Below are positions 8,135 through 20,100 of a DNA stretch of 64,000 nt, piece by piece; position 1 is the stretch's first letter, and every line of letters starts with the position of its first letter. Below the pieces are notes generated by a model. That model was not told where the DNA came from. It saw only the letters and a program-made list of their open reading frames with translations, and searched no databases. Source of the stretch: an uncultured archaeon (GTDB lineage: Archaea > Aenigmatarchaeota > Aenigmatarchaeia > QMZP01); the NCBI GenBank assembly GCA_964484305.1, contig CAZAEI010000002.1, forward strand, positions 11,715 to 75,714, read 5' to 3'. A program made the position numbers and the translations under genes.

Positions 8135-11100
8135 TTAGCCTCCCAGCTTCCTTATCCTGTTCTTCACCGAATCTATGTAGGTCTTTGACATGGTGAACAT
8201 GGTCTGGCTTATCTTGTCCCTGGCCAGCTTGAGCTCGAACTCTATGTCCGTGGTATCGATGCCGCGGGCCTTTAGCTCCTTGGCCTTCTGCATCAGGGAC
8301 GTGACCTCGGTGTCGTACCTTATGTACTCGTCTATGTCCTTGTCGCTCAGCCTGCCTGTGTCGTGAAGGAGCGGCCTGAACTCTATGAAGTATGGCTTGC
8401 CGTGGTTGAATTCGGCGTTCTGGACCATGCCGGTCCCGGTCCTGAGCTTGGTCGTGGTCGAGGCATACTGGAAACCGTACTTCTGGGTGACCCTCCTGAT
8501 GTCGCCTGTGTACTTCGTCCTCATCTGCACCTCTGTGGATATGTTGGCCCTGATGGCCCCCTTGAAGTCCATGAGGACCTGGGATATCAGCCAGAGGCCG
8601 ATGCCCCACTTTCGGAACTCTCGGCAGCCCCTCTCCAGGGCCACGTAACCGCCCTTGCCACCGTACTTGGGCAGGAGGCGGTGGACCTCGTCATAGACTA
8701 TGAAGAGCTTTATCTTTGGAGATTCGGGCCAGGGTATCTTGAACATGTCAGCTATGGTCTTCCTGACAAAGATGTCGAGCTGCGCCGGCTCCATCTTGTC
8801 TATCAGGACGACCGTTATCTCTCCCGGGTTCATGTAGTTCCTGATATCGATAGCGGTGTTGGGGTCAGTGATTCTCGTTATCCTGCCCTTGTAGCGCCTG
8901 GCATCCCCGGGCTTGAGACCGAACCTGGGGTAGAGCTTCAGCATCCTCTGGTCCCTGCAGGGCCTGAGGAATCCCGTCCACTGGCAGGTCGGGTCAAAGA
9001 CAATGACGGGGATGTTCCTCTTGAGCATCTCCTCGACCACAATCATGGAGGAGACCGTCTTGCCCGCGCCCGTGGAGCCTGCGGAGATGCCGTGGGTCTG
9101 GAGCTGGGTCATGTCAAAGTAGGCAAGCATGTCGGTCTCCGCAACCTTGCCCACCACAAAGGCGTTCGGGCCTGCCTGGGGGAGCTTCTTGAAGTCCATG
9201 GGGAAGATGTACCTGGTCTTCTTCTTTTTCTTGAGCTTGATGTAGCGGTAGCCGTACCTGCCCCCATAGGCCGCGGGCACGACAAAGAAGAGGATTACAT
9301 AGGTCAGCCAGTTCCAGAATATCGCGCGGAGGGCCGCTATCACGGGCGGGAGCTCGGTCACGTCAAAGGCGTCGGCGGCGAAGGCGAACTTGTTCCCGTG
9401 CCAGTATGTCACGTTCGCCTCTATCACATACCTGTCATATGGGGTGTCCGAGGGTATGGTTATGTTCCTCCTAAAGGTAAGGCTCTGCTCCACTGCAACG
9501 GTCTCCTTGAATATCGTCATTATCTCGTCTGTGTTGAGGTTCTTGATGGTGTACTGGACAATGATGTCCTCTATGGTGGCTGTCTCTCCCATGTTGACGA
9601 GGGTGACCTCGTACCTGAACTCCTCGTTCGGGGCCACTGACTTGGTGAGGGACTTTACCTGGACGTCGAGGAGCGGGCTCGGTATCTTCTCCACCTTGAT
9701 GGTTACAGGGGTCCTGTGGGTTATGCCGAAGCCCTCCACATTGGTTATGATGTCCCCGGTGTAAACCCCGGGCTGGGTTGTCGGGAGGGTGTAGAGCTTT
9801 ATCTTGCTCACACCCACAGACCTGCCTGATATGGATATGCTCGGGCTCTCTATCTGGACCATGTCCCATATCAGGCCCTCGACAGTGAAGTTGGCTGTTA
9901 TGGAACCTGCGCGGTTGTTTATTATCTCCATGGAGTGTATCTCGTACTCGCCCTGGGAGAGGGTCACATAAATCAGGGTGGTCTTGACCTCGATTGGCCC
10001 GGAGACCGTGACGGCCTCTGCTGCGGCTCCGCCCCCACCCCCGCCTCCGCCCTCCTCGGGCTTCGGCACTTCGGGTATCACAATCGGGCAGTCGCCCGGG
10101 CATCCCGCATTGGACTCCCCCTTGGCTGACTCGCACACATCGTCGCCGCATATCCATTCGGCCAGGACAAATGCCCCGTTCAGGCTGCTCATGTTGGCTG
10201 CTATCGAATAGAATGTCGAGTTGACCGTGCTGGCAATGGCGACCCATGTTCCCTGGCAGCCCTCCATTGGAACCCAGTCGTCGCACTGGTATATGCCGAG
10301 GTTCTGGAGCATGAAGTCCGAGAGCTCGCACTCGCCCTCAATATAGCACTCCTCGCAATCAAGCTCCAGGCTCGCATAGCTGTAGTTCACGGGCTGCGTG
10401 TATATATAGTAGCCCTTGAGGGATTTCTGGGGCATCTTGACCCCCGGTATCTTGCCGAAGAGCACGGGGTTGTAGACATCATAGACCAGCTCTGAATCGT
10501 AGAGTATGACGGTCTCGTTCCTGAAGGTGATGTTGATGTCATAGGCCCTCATGTCAAGGGTCTCGTTGTAGTGCCCTGTCGCTCCCTCGGTGGTGAAGTT
10601 GTAGGCCTCGTATGATGTCCCTGCAAGCAGGAAGGTGAAGTTCAGGTGGAAGTGTGGCTTGTGGAGCTTCTCCATATTCACGGAGTCGCCTGACCACATC
10701 ACGCCCGGGAATATCTCAAAGCTCTTATCAGAATAGTTCCAGTTCCCGGAGAGGTCCCAGGCAGTGGCATTGACATGGTAGATGCCGACCTGGCTTGTGT
10801 AGTTCATGGCCACCACGAACCTGTAGAGGTCGCCGAGCTTCTCAACAAAGGTTGCGTTGAAGTCCATGGTGGAGTTGTCAGGGAATGTTACCTCCAGCTC
10901 TGCGCGCTCGACCCCGCCTGAATCGGTCGCGTTTATGTAGATATAGGCAGTGGAGTTTGCCGGGACCCTGGGCGGGACCTCGATTGCGACTTCCGGGGCA
11001 ACCCGGTCTATATAGATGACTGCCTTCATCTCGATGTCATGGAGCCATATCGAGGCATTCACATAGAGGGCACTCACATTGAGGTCATAGCCCTTGTTCT

Positions 11101-14100
11101 CGCTTATGTTGGGCGCAGAGAAGTTCAGGTGCCAGAGGCCTGTGTAGTTGGAGTAGTTGGCCGAGGTTATGTTCAGGTGCCAGCTCCCCGTGGCATTGAA
11201 GAGTGTGAGGTTGAACTCCACGCTGTGGTTCAGGGGCTCCCCTCCATAGGTCACGTTCACCTCAACCTGGATTGCGTCGCTGGCTGTGACGTTCTTTGTC
11301 GGCTCTGCCTGGGTGGGGTGGGTCAGGTCAAGGGAGAAGGGGAAGGCATTTACCGTCACCCAGGTCTCCTGGTAGGTGGGCTCGCCGGCAGAGAGGTTCT
11401 CGGTCCTTATCAGGCTCTGGTAGGTGGTGATGTCATCGATATGTGGGAGTGTGTAGTTGACCATTATCGTGTCAGAGCTTGCTATGTCCAGGTCGAGCTC
11501 GTCCTTGTCCAGGGGTATGTAGGGGGTGCCGTTCCCGGACTGGATGACCTCGAGAATGAGCCTTGCGTTGCCTGTATTATGGACAGTGATGTAGCCCATG
11601 TTGCCGCTCGTCTCATGGCTCAGGTTGATTGTGATGTCCTCGGGGTCGTGATACCAGGAAAGGTTTATGGGAACAGTCAGCACTATGAAGACCGTGTCGT
11701 TTGAGCCGCCCGCCTCAAGGGCCTCCACGGTGCCTGCATACTCACCTGCCTTGTACAGGGGCGGCACCGTTATGGTGATGTTCACCAGCTGGCCCTGGCC
11801 GGGCTCAAGAACAGAGATGTTCAGGGGATTGAAGCCCACGGTGAAGTTCTCGCACACCTCTCCCCAGATGCAGCTGTAGGTGATGTTGGTGGCGTTGACA
11901 TTGCCGATGCTGTAGATGTTCATGGTCTTGTTCCCTGTGCCCCCGCTCCTTACAAAGTAGGGCAGAGTGGACTCGAGTATGTCTATTGCGGGGTTCGGCT
12001 GGACCATGACCAGGATGGAGGTGAGGTTGGTTCCGTTGGTGTAGCCATTGAGCTCTGTCCAGTTCGCTGTCAGGTTCACGGTGTAGTTGCCTGGCCATGT
12101 TGATGTGGCCACTGTCACCCGGCTCTCGTTGGACTTGGTCTCGTGCTTGAGCATGTCACTGAAGTTGAAGGTATCCGGGGCGGCTGACCATGAGCCTGGG
12201 AGCCCCAGGGTGACGCTGAGGTTGAAGAGCCTTGCCCAGTCCGGCATGACAGTGAGGTTGAAGTCAAAGTCCTCTGAATCAGACAGGGTTATCCCTGTTA
12301 TGTTGACCTCGCTCACATTGGTTGTCATTATCAGGTGGGTGGTCCCTGCGCCATAGAGCTGTATCATTGACGTGCACCCGCTCAGGCCCGCAGTGTCATT
12401 GGCGCAGATGTAGAGGTCGTGGTAGCCCTCAAGGCTCGAGTTGTATGTGGCGTGGTAGAAGGGTTTTGCAGTGCCGTTCATCTGCTCTGTGTAGGCGCTG
12501 ACATCCAGGACAGAGTAGTTGAGCCTGGCGTCATAGGAGGCGTTGCCGTCCATGGTCATGTTTATGTGCTGGTAGCCCGGGAGGGTGAAGGAGGCGCCCC
12601 CTGCCACGGCGTCTATGGTGGCGCTCTGGCCACTGGGGATGGAGATGTTGTCAGCCACGAGGAGGCTGTTGACGGCCAGGTTGAGGCTTATCTCTGTTCC
12701 GTTGTTGTTCTCGATGGTAATGTTGAAGTAGAGCATGCTTGCGTCGTAGAGGCTGTTCACCTGCTCGGTGTAGTTGAACCCGGAATCGCTCGTGGCGCTG
12801 TGTATCATCTTTGATTCATTGATGTATCCACAGTCGGTGGGCCTCACCACCCTTATCCAGGCGTCACTGACCTCGAAGTTGTCGGTGATGTTTGCCGATA
12901 TGCTGACGTTCTCATATCCGGCCTCGAATACAAGGGGCGTGGCATTGACATCATCTATAAGGGGCGGGGTGTCGGTCACATTGAGCCAGAGGTCTGTTAT
13001 CCATTCCTGGGGGTCTGCTGTCTCGTTCCTGAGAATGAGCTTCACGTAGTACATGCCCTTGGGTTTGGCAACCGGGACAATATAGCTTATGGTGGTGTTC
13101 CGGCTGACCTGCTTGCCGAGTTCGAAGTACTCCGGGTCTGCCAGGACCATGTCAGAGCCGTTCTCGGTCCTGTAGACCTTTATGGCAATCCTTGAGTTGC
13201 CTATATTGGTTGTGGTTATGTTGCCTATCGCTGCCGAGGCGTTCAGGAGTGCGAGTATGGGGTTCTCATAGCTGGAGAGGCTCCCGGGGGTCCTTGTCCA
13301 GCTCGTGTTCTCGGGTACATTGACCGTGAGAATCATGTCATCGGGTTCGGTGTTGCTGGCCGAGGCCCTGACCACGGTCCAGTAATCCCCGGGGGGCTGG
13401 CCTGCGGGAATGTCTATGTAAAGGCTTGAGGAGAACTGGTAGCCCGCCTCAAGCCTGCCCCAGGCAGCGGGTATGATGTCGACCACGCACTCCGGGCATT
13501 CTGAACTGAGGTTGCCCCCGACCATGGTTATGTCTATGTCATCCACGGCATCATTTCCAGAGGAATAGACCGTGAAGTTGCCGACATAGTAGAGGGTACT
13601 CTCGTGCGGGACGGTGTTGGTCAGCTCATCCTCCACTATGTCCAGTATGGGGTTTGAGGACACGAAGACGTCGCTCCAGTTCAGGGTGGAGTTCAGGGTA
13701 AGGTCAGGGTCTGTCCAGTTTGCGTATATCATCACCCTTATGAGCATGGGCGGCGTGCCCGCAGGCACGTCCACTGTGAGGGGCCAGGTATAGGTCTCGT
13801 TGACAGAGAGGTTGCCTATATCCTGGTAGGTATCATTTATCACCAGGGTGTCATTGGGGTCGTCCATGCTTCTGAGTTCTACATAGTATCCCGTGGGCGG
13901 GCCGAGGTTGGTGAAGTTGACGCTCAGGTTGAACTGTGCCCCATGGGACTGGGTTATGCCTGACATAAGTATGGTCTTGTTGAGCTCTATCAGGCCTGTT
14001 ATCTTGCCCCAGACATCGAATGTGCCTGCATAGAGGCTGGCGTTGTTGTATTCAGGTCCGGTGTCCTGGGCCCATATCCATACATGGTAAAGACCGCTCA

Positions 14101-17100
14101 AGACTGGAACATAACTGACCCTGTAGAGGTCTCCCCCGAGGCTCTCGTTGGTCATGGTCACGTTCTCATGTGTCTGGTTGGGGAGAAGTATGTCAGCCCA
14201 TACCTTGTTGATGCCCACGTCATCGGTCACGTTGGCTGTGATGTTGGTGTAGTTGAGGTTGGCCTCGATGCTGGTGTCGGGGACAATGGATGTGTTGGTT
14301 ATGACAGGCAGGTTGACATCCCGGATGGTGATGATGCCCTGAGCCTCTGAGATGCCGGCCTGTATGAGCCGGCTGGTGTTGTCTGTGATGTTGCACTTGA
14401 AATTGAGGTTGCCCTTCTGGCCCGGATCAAAGGTATGGTTGATGTAGCCGGAGGGATTGGTGGTGAAGTTGTTTATGAATACCCAGGGCAGGCCCGCGGA
14501 CTCCCAGTAGTAGTAGAGCTCTACATCATAGTCCTCCACGGGCCCCCCGCCGGCTGCCTCGGCGTACCTTACCTGACAGAACACGTCAAAGGGAACCGGA
14601 TACGGGAGAAGGGTGTAGTTTGCAGGGGAAACATAGTAGACATCAACAACAGCCTCGATTGTAATGAGCACGGAATTGTTGCCAGCGGCATAGTACTGCT
14701 TGGTGGCATTGGATGTGATGGTCCTGTTGCCCGCCTCCTGGCCTGTCAGGGGATAGTTGGGATATGTCTGCATGTCAGTGAGCATCCCGGTCTCGTTCCA
14801 CCACTCGACATCGCACCCGGAGATGACCGAGCCTGCCTCGTCTGTTATGTTGACGTCCAGGTCGACCGTGCCTGTCTTGGGGTGCTTGCTCTCGTCCACA
14901 GGGGAGGTTATGTTAAGGATGAGCACACCTATAACATCGAGGTAGGTCTCGACTGTGTCTGAATCGCTTATGCCCGCCTTGGTGGCGTTGATGTGTATCG
15001 TGTAGTTCCCTGGCGCGATGTTGTCTGTCACATTGTAGGTTATGTTGCAGCGGCCCCACTGGTCTGTCGTGCAGTTGCGTATGAAGCCCGAGTTGTTGTA
15101 GAAGCTGACATTGGCGCCGGAGGCGTTGCCTATCTGGGCGTCGTTCACGTGGACGCAAATCTCGGTCTCGTGGGGGTCGTAGCTATCGTTCCTGTATATG
15201 GTTCCATAGCTCTTGGTTATCTCGTCTATTATGAGCTGCCTGTTAACCGTTATGTTGCTCATGCGCTCTCCGGCAGAGACATTGTAGTAGAGGACATCGT
15301 CATCTGATATCTTGCAGGATATGTTGTAGGGGCCAGCGTCCTCCCATTCTGTGTACCAGTACCACGTGGCGTTGCCCTGCCAGTCTGTGTCGTCACTGGC
15401 GTTGTACACGCCGTTCTTGTAGAAGTCCACGTTGTAGCTCTCTATGGACTGGCCGGTATTGATGTCAGAGACGTGGCAGGTAATCCAGGTGTTCATTGCC
15501 CCTGCGTCGAATTCTGTCCCGTTGGGGGGCCACATGGTGTCTATACCTGCCCATCCGTATATCAGGATATCGGTCTGGTTGGTTCCCTTGTCGTGATGCG
15601 TCTTGGTGGTGTTTATCCTGAGGATGTCAGGGCCGAGCTCGTAGGATTCGCCTATATACCAGCTCCTGTCATAGAAACCGAGGCTGCCGTTATCGGTGGT
15701 GTTTATGAGGTCCCAGGACTCGTTCTGCCAGGTGAGAGTGGAGTAGTTTATATAGGTCCCGCAGTCGTCATTGACCGTTGCGTTGAGCGTGTATGTCAGG
15801 TTGCGGTTGAGGACGTCCCCATCCACGGGTGTTGTATAGTTCGCATAGAGCTGGCCAAAGACCTGTAGGTTTTTCGTGCTGCTGTTCAGGGGCTGATAGC
15901 AGGAATCCAAGGTCTCCAGCTTCCATTTCTGGATTCCTGCAGGTGTGGCACATCCCGGATTGTGATTCACGTCGCAGTATCCTGCCCCGGTGGTGGTGCA
16001 GTCATAGAAGACCGTGAAGTTCTCGTAGTCCTCGGTGATCCAGAACCCGGTGTCCACTCCGTCCGGGTATTTGTCGAAGGCTGCGTCCGTGTCCTCAATC
16101 CTGATGTTGAGGAAGGCGTTCTGGGCACCCACCCTCCTCACCGTGGTGTTGCTCGCGGGCAGGCAGTCTGTGCCGTCGCAGAGGTAGACCGTGACGTTGT
16201 CCTCCTGGAGATAGAACTCATGCACGCCCGCTATGTAGTGGAGGTAGAGCGAGAACCTGGCGCTTGCGTTGCCCCCTGAGCCGTTTGTCACTGCTATGGA
16301 TATCTGCTGACTCCCCGGTGGGGTGAAGTCGAGTCCTCCCTGGCGCCTTGCGTCGTAGCTCGCGTTTTCGCCGGGGGCAACGCTGAGATTCTGGGCCACT
16401 GTTATGCCGTTCACCTCGAGGTCGAAATAGAGCGTGCTCCCGTTCTCGTTCTGGAGCGTGACATTGAACCTCTCCACATCATAGAACGCATCGATGTAGT
16501 GGCTGGTAGAGAAGCTCTGGTAGAGCATGGATTGGTTCAGGTAGGTTGTGTAATTTGCCTCCCCGGAGCCCCCCTGGCCGTCCGTGACAGTGAAGTTTAT
16601 GTCCTGGCCCCCTGGCAGGGTGAATGACGCGCCGCCTGATATGGCGTCCACTGTAGCGTTCTGGCCGTCCTGGACGCTCTGGTTGTCTGCGACCTGGACC
16701 CCGTTGACAGAGAGATTGAAGTACATCACAGTGCCGTTCTGGTTATGTATGGTTATATTGAAGGTCTCGAAGAAGCCTGCCTCGTCAGTGGTCTCGGTGT
16801 GGTTGAAGCCCGAATCTGCCTGGCCAGAGGCATCGTGTATGGGTGCCTCGCTCCAGGAGGTGTTCTTGAGCTGCAGGGAATCATCGGTAACGGTCTTGTT
16901 GCTGTCGTCAGTGAAGTTGAACTCGTCCTTGGAATTGAACCTGAACTGGTTCCATCCCATATCTGCGCAGGCAAAGTGCTGGTCGAAGTGAACCTCGTCA
17001 TCCCCGAGGTCATACTCCCAGGTCTGGTTAATCAGGAGCCATTCATCCCAGTCTCCCTGGGAATCGTTCCACTGCCTCTTCCAGAGCGTTATGTTGTTGT

Positions 17101-20100
17101 AGTTGCTGTCGGCGTCTGTTATGACAACCCAGACGTAGAAGTTCTCGCCCCAGCCGCCCAGCTCCTTGTCGATTCCCGCGTCCTGGATGTCCGGGGCCAG
17201 GGCAATGAAGAAGGCGTCTTCCCTGAGGGTCTGGTTGGGACCGTAGTATTCCTTGTCTGCATCCATGGTTATGTTGTACCAGTCGGTCCGCTTATATGTC
17301 TCTGTCCAGGTGTAGTTGTACCACCCCTGGCTCTGATTGGCCTGGTCCTGGTTTTCTGGCCACTGGGTTGTTTTCCTGCTGAACACCCACTGGACTGTTG
17401 AGTTCTCAACAGGGTTGCAGTCATCTTCTATGTAACCCACGACATCGAGCGGGGTTCCCCAGAGAATCCCCTGGCCGTGCGGCTCATGGATTGTCATTAT
17501 CAGGGTTGAGTTGAGGTAGACCGTGTATTCAGTGGAGTTTATGGGCTTGTAGCAGACATCCTCCTTGAGGCCTCCCACGCCGGCCTTCCAGTAGTGGGGA
17601 CCGACCTTGTAGTCGCACTCGGGCTGCGGCACCTCATCCATGAAGTCATATAATATGTAAGCAGAACCATTGTCAAACTCGTACTTACCCACATCCCAGG
17701 TATCCAGGGAGTGATTGGTTGTCACCCAGAAGGTCGCGTTTGTTGCGCCAATGGTGCCGGTCTCTGCGTAGTTATTGGTGTCGTTGTCCCATACCCTCAT
17801 AATCAACTGGTAGTTGTCAGAGCCGTTCCTCCATATATAGGCCTCGTGTCCCTGCTCGAGCAGCATGTAGGCATTGTCCCTTTCTATTGTGAAGTTGCCG
17901 GGCCCTGTCTCATTGGTGAAGGGCGGGCTTCTGTTGTCCGTGGCCTTGAAGTAGAACTCCCAGTCATCTATGTTGCCGCAGTCTATGGGGTCATCCCTCC
18001 AGGAGAGGTTGATTATCTCTCCCACAGCCGTGTCGGCTATGGTGGAGTTCTTGGGAACCCCCCACAACGAATCTGACTGCTTCTTTGCGTAGAGCTTTAC
18101 CTCAACCTCATCATAGTCCTCATCCGTGAGGTTCACGCTGAAGTGGAACCGCTCGCCCCAGCCCCCGGGGTTTGTCAGTGCAGTCTCCTGGGTCAGGACA
18201 GGCTTGGTTACCACCTCGAAATGGGATTCCCATGTGGTTGCGTTGCTGTAGTGGTAGGCCATGGAGGAGTACATGGTGTTGTTGTACCACCTCGCCTTCA
18301 TGCCGGTGGTGTTGCGCTTGCATCTGTAGTATATCGTGCCCTCTATGGTGTAGTAGAGGCAGGGATAGACATCACTGTCATCCACATGGGTGAAGTTGAA
18401 CGTGACATTCACCCCTGTCTTGGTGTCCCCGCAGTCGTCCTCGACAAGGCCCTTGGTGGATATGTTCTCGACCCCGCGCTCGTACTCCTCATCCTGGCCA
18501 GGCTCCTCTATGTCCCCGTAGAGGCTTCCCCATATCTCCAGGGTGTAGTTCTGGCTGGTGTTCACAGCCGCGTAGCAGGAGTCTGTTATGCCTGCCTTCC
18601 ATTCCTGGGGCCCTACCTCATACTTGGGGCCTGAGCAGCCTGGGTTGAAGTAGAGCAGGGCGTGGCCAGATGTGTTGGTCTGGTTCAGGTTCCCTCCATC
18701 AAAGACTGAGTTGTTGTAGGTGGTCCAGAAGGTTATGTCCGTCCCTGTAAGGACATGACCCACCCTCACGGTGTCGTTGGTATAGACCGTGTAGGTGGCC
18801 AGGTGGTTGGAGGAGGAGTCGTCCCTGTCTATAACAGACTCGTTCCCGAAGCTGTAGGTTATCATGGCCGTGTCTGCGGTGAGGTTGGGGCCTGTGATGT
18901 TGTCAGTGTAGTTGACATTGGTCTCGTCGTCTATCATGAAGTGGAAGCTGTTGTCTGTCCCCATGTCTGAGCAGTTGAACTCTGTCCCGTCCAGGGCGTC
19001 ACCCACGGTGAGGTTGCAGTAGTCCCGGCCCCCCCAGATTGTTGTCCAGTTCTTCTTGTAGTAGCTTGAGCCGCCGTCTGTGGAGACCCAGAGCTCGCAC
19101 GTCACGTTGTCCTGCTGGGTGTCCCATATCTTCACGCTGTAGGTATAGACCCCTCCCCAGGGACCCTCGCCGGGCGTGACATTCACCTCGCTTATGGCCG
19201 GCGGGGTGTTCTCGAGATAGAACCAGTCATCCCAAAACGAGGAATTGTCAGGCCTGTAATAGGTCTTGCTCGCATTTATCCTGACATCGTACCAGCCTCC
19301 CTTGTGGAATGATGTGTCCAGATCGTAATTATACCAGCCGTCTCCCTCATCCGCCGGCGTGTGGGAATCCCAGCTGCTGGTGGGGTGCTTGAACTCTATC
19401 GTGGTTGTGGTCTCGTTGACAAGCTGACTGCAGTCGTCTGTCACGTTGTACCTGCTGTAGAGCATATCCCCCACCGTAGAGGAGTTGCCCTGCTGCGGGG
19501 TATCGATGGTGGAGTTGAGACGGCCGTACACAGTCAGGGTGGTGGAGGAAGAGTTGCCTGCATAGTTCTCATAGCATTCGTCAAGCTCTATGCCGCCCTT
19601 CCAATCATGGGAACCCACCTCGTAGAGCGGGTCGCAGCTCGGGTCGAACCATATCCTCATGTAGCCGTCGCCTGAGGTCTGGTTCGCATGGCCGTCGTCC
19701 CAAGTGCCTGTATCAGAGCCGTTAAAGGTTACCCATATCTTGCCGTCAACGCCTGCAACAACGTTGGTGTAGCCCTTGTCCAGGTCCGAGAAGTACACGT
19801 TAAGGTAGGCGGTCTCCTGACCCTCCCTGTCCACCTCATCATCTGACGCGCCCGCATAGGTATAGACCCTGTCCTTGCCCATGTCCCAGTTCTCGGTAGT
19901 GGTCTCGTTGGTGTCGTTCCACTTGTCTGTGACGTTAATCAGGTAGTAATTGGTGCCCTGTTCGCCACAGTTGAATGTGTGCACAAAGGTGAAGAGCTGC
20001 TCATTGGGGTTGTTGCGTATGGTGTAGTTTATCAGGGTCCAGTTGTCCACGCCCACGCTCTTCCATAGGGTTATGTTCACGGAATCCGAGGCCCCCTCGT

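Larger units (their letters stand above)
8138..9259 (-). other. Cytoplasmic HerA/DUF87-like (FtsK-HerA superfamily) P-loop ATPase domain, 374 aa, fused to the giant protein.
   Basis: FVVGKVAETDMLAYFDMTQLQTHGISAGSTGAGKTVSSMIVVEEMLKRNIPVIVFDPTCQW, then KLFIVYDEVHRLLP, then WGIGLWLISQVLMDFKGAIRANISTEVQMR. The order and spacing of these blocks resemble HerA/DUF87. Confidence 0.75.

Noticed and set aside
8138-9259. A NurA nuclease partner, which would indicate a canonical HerA-NurA DNA-end-resection role.
   Set aside because: No NurA-like ORF is adjacent. The ATPase is covalently tethered behind a TM helix, which is incompatible with the soluble HerA-NurA complex.
8363-9640. Long plus-strand ORFs antisense to the big minus-strand genes. 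Examples are 8363-9640 (425 aa), 30803-31999 (398 aa), 6134-7444 (436 aa), 23423-24289 (288 aa), and dozens of shorter ones.
   Set aside because: They lie entirely inside and antisense to the giant, 1,962-aa and 608-aa genes. Their composition is V/G/L/P/S-rich and low in complexity, and they have no SD. Several are duplicated only because the sense gene is duplicated. These are typical shadow ORFs of a GC-biased coding strand.
8031-10331. Same-strand, out-of-frame ORFs within the giant gene (8031-8609, 192 aa; 9471-10331, 286 aa) and within the 1,962-aa gene (806-1090, 3815-4126).
   Set aside because: Their translations are R/H/G/P/Q-rich nonsense, and they overlap regions where the main frame carries clear ATPase or CARDB-like motifs.
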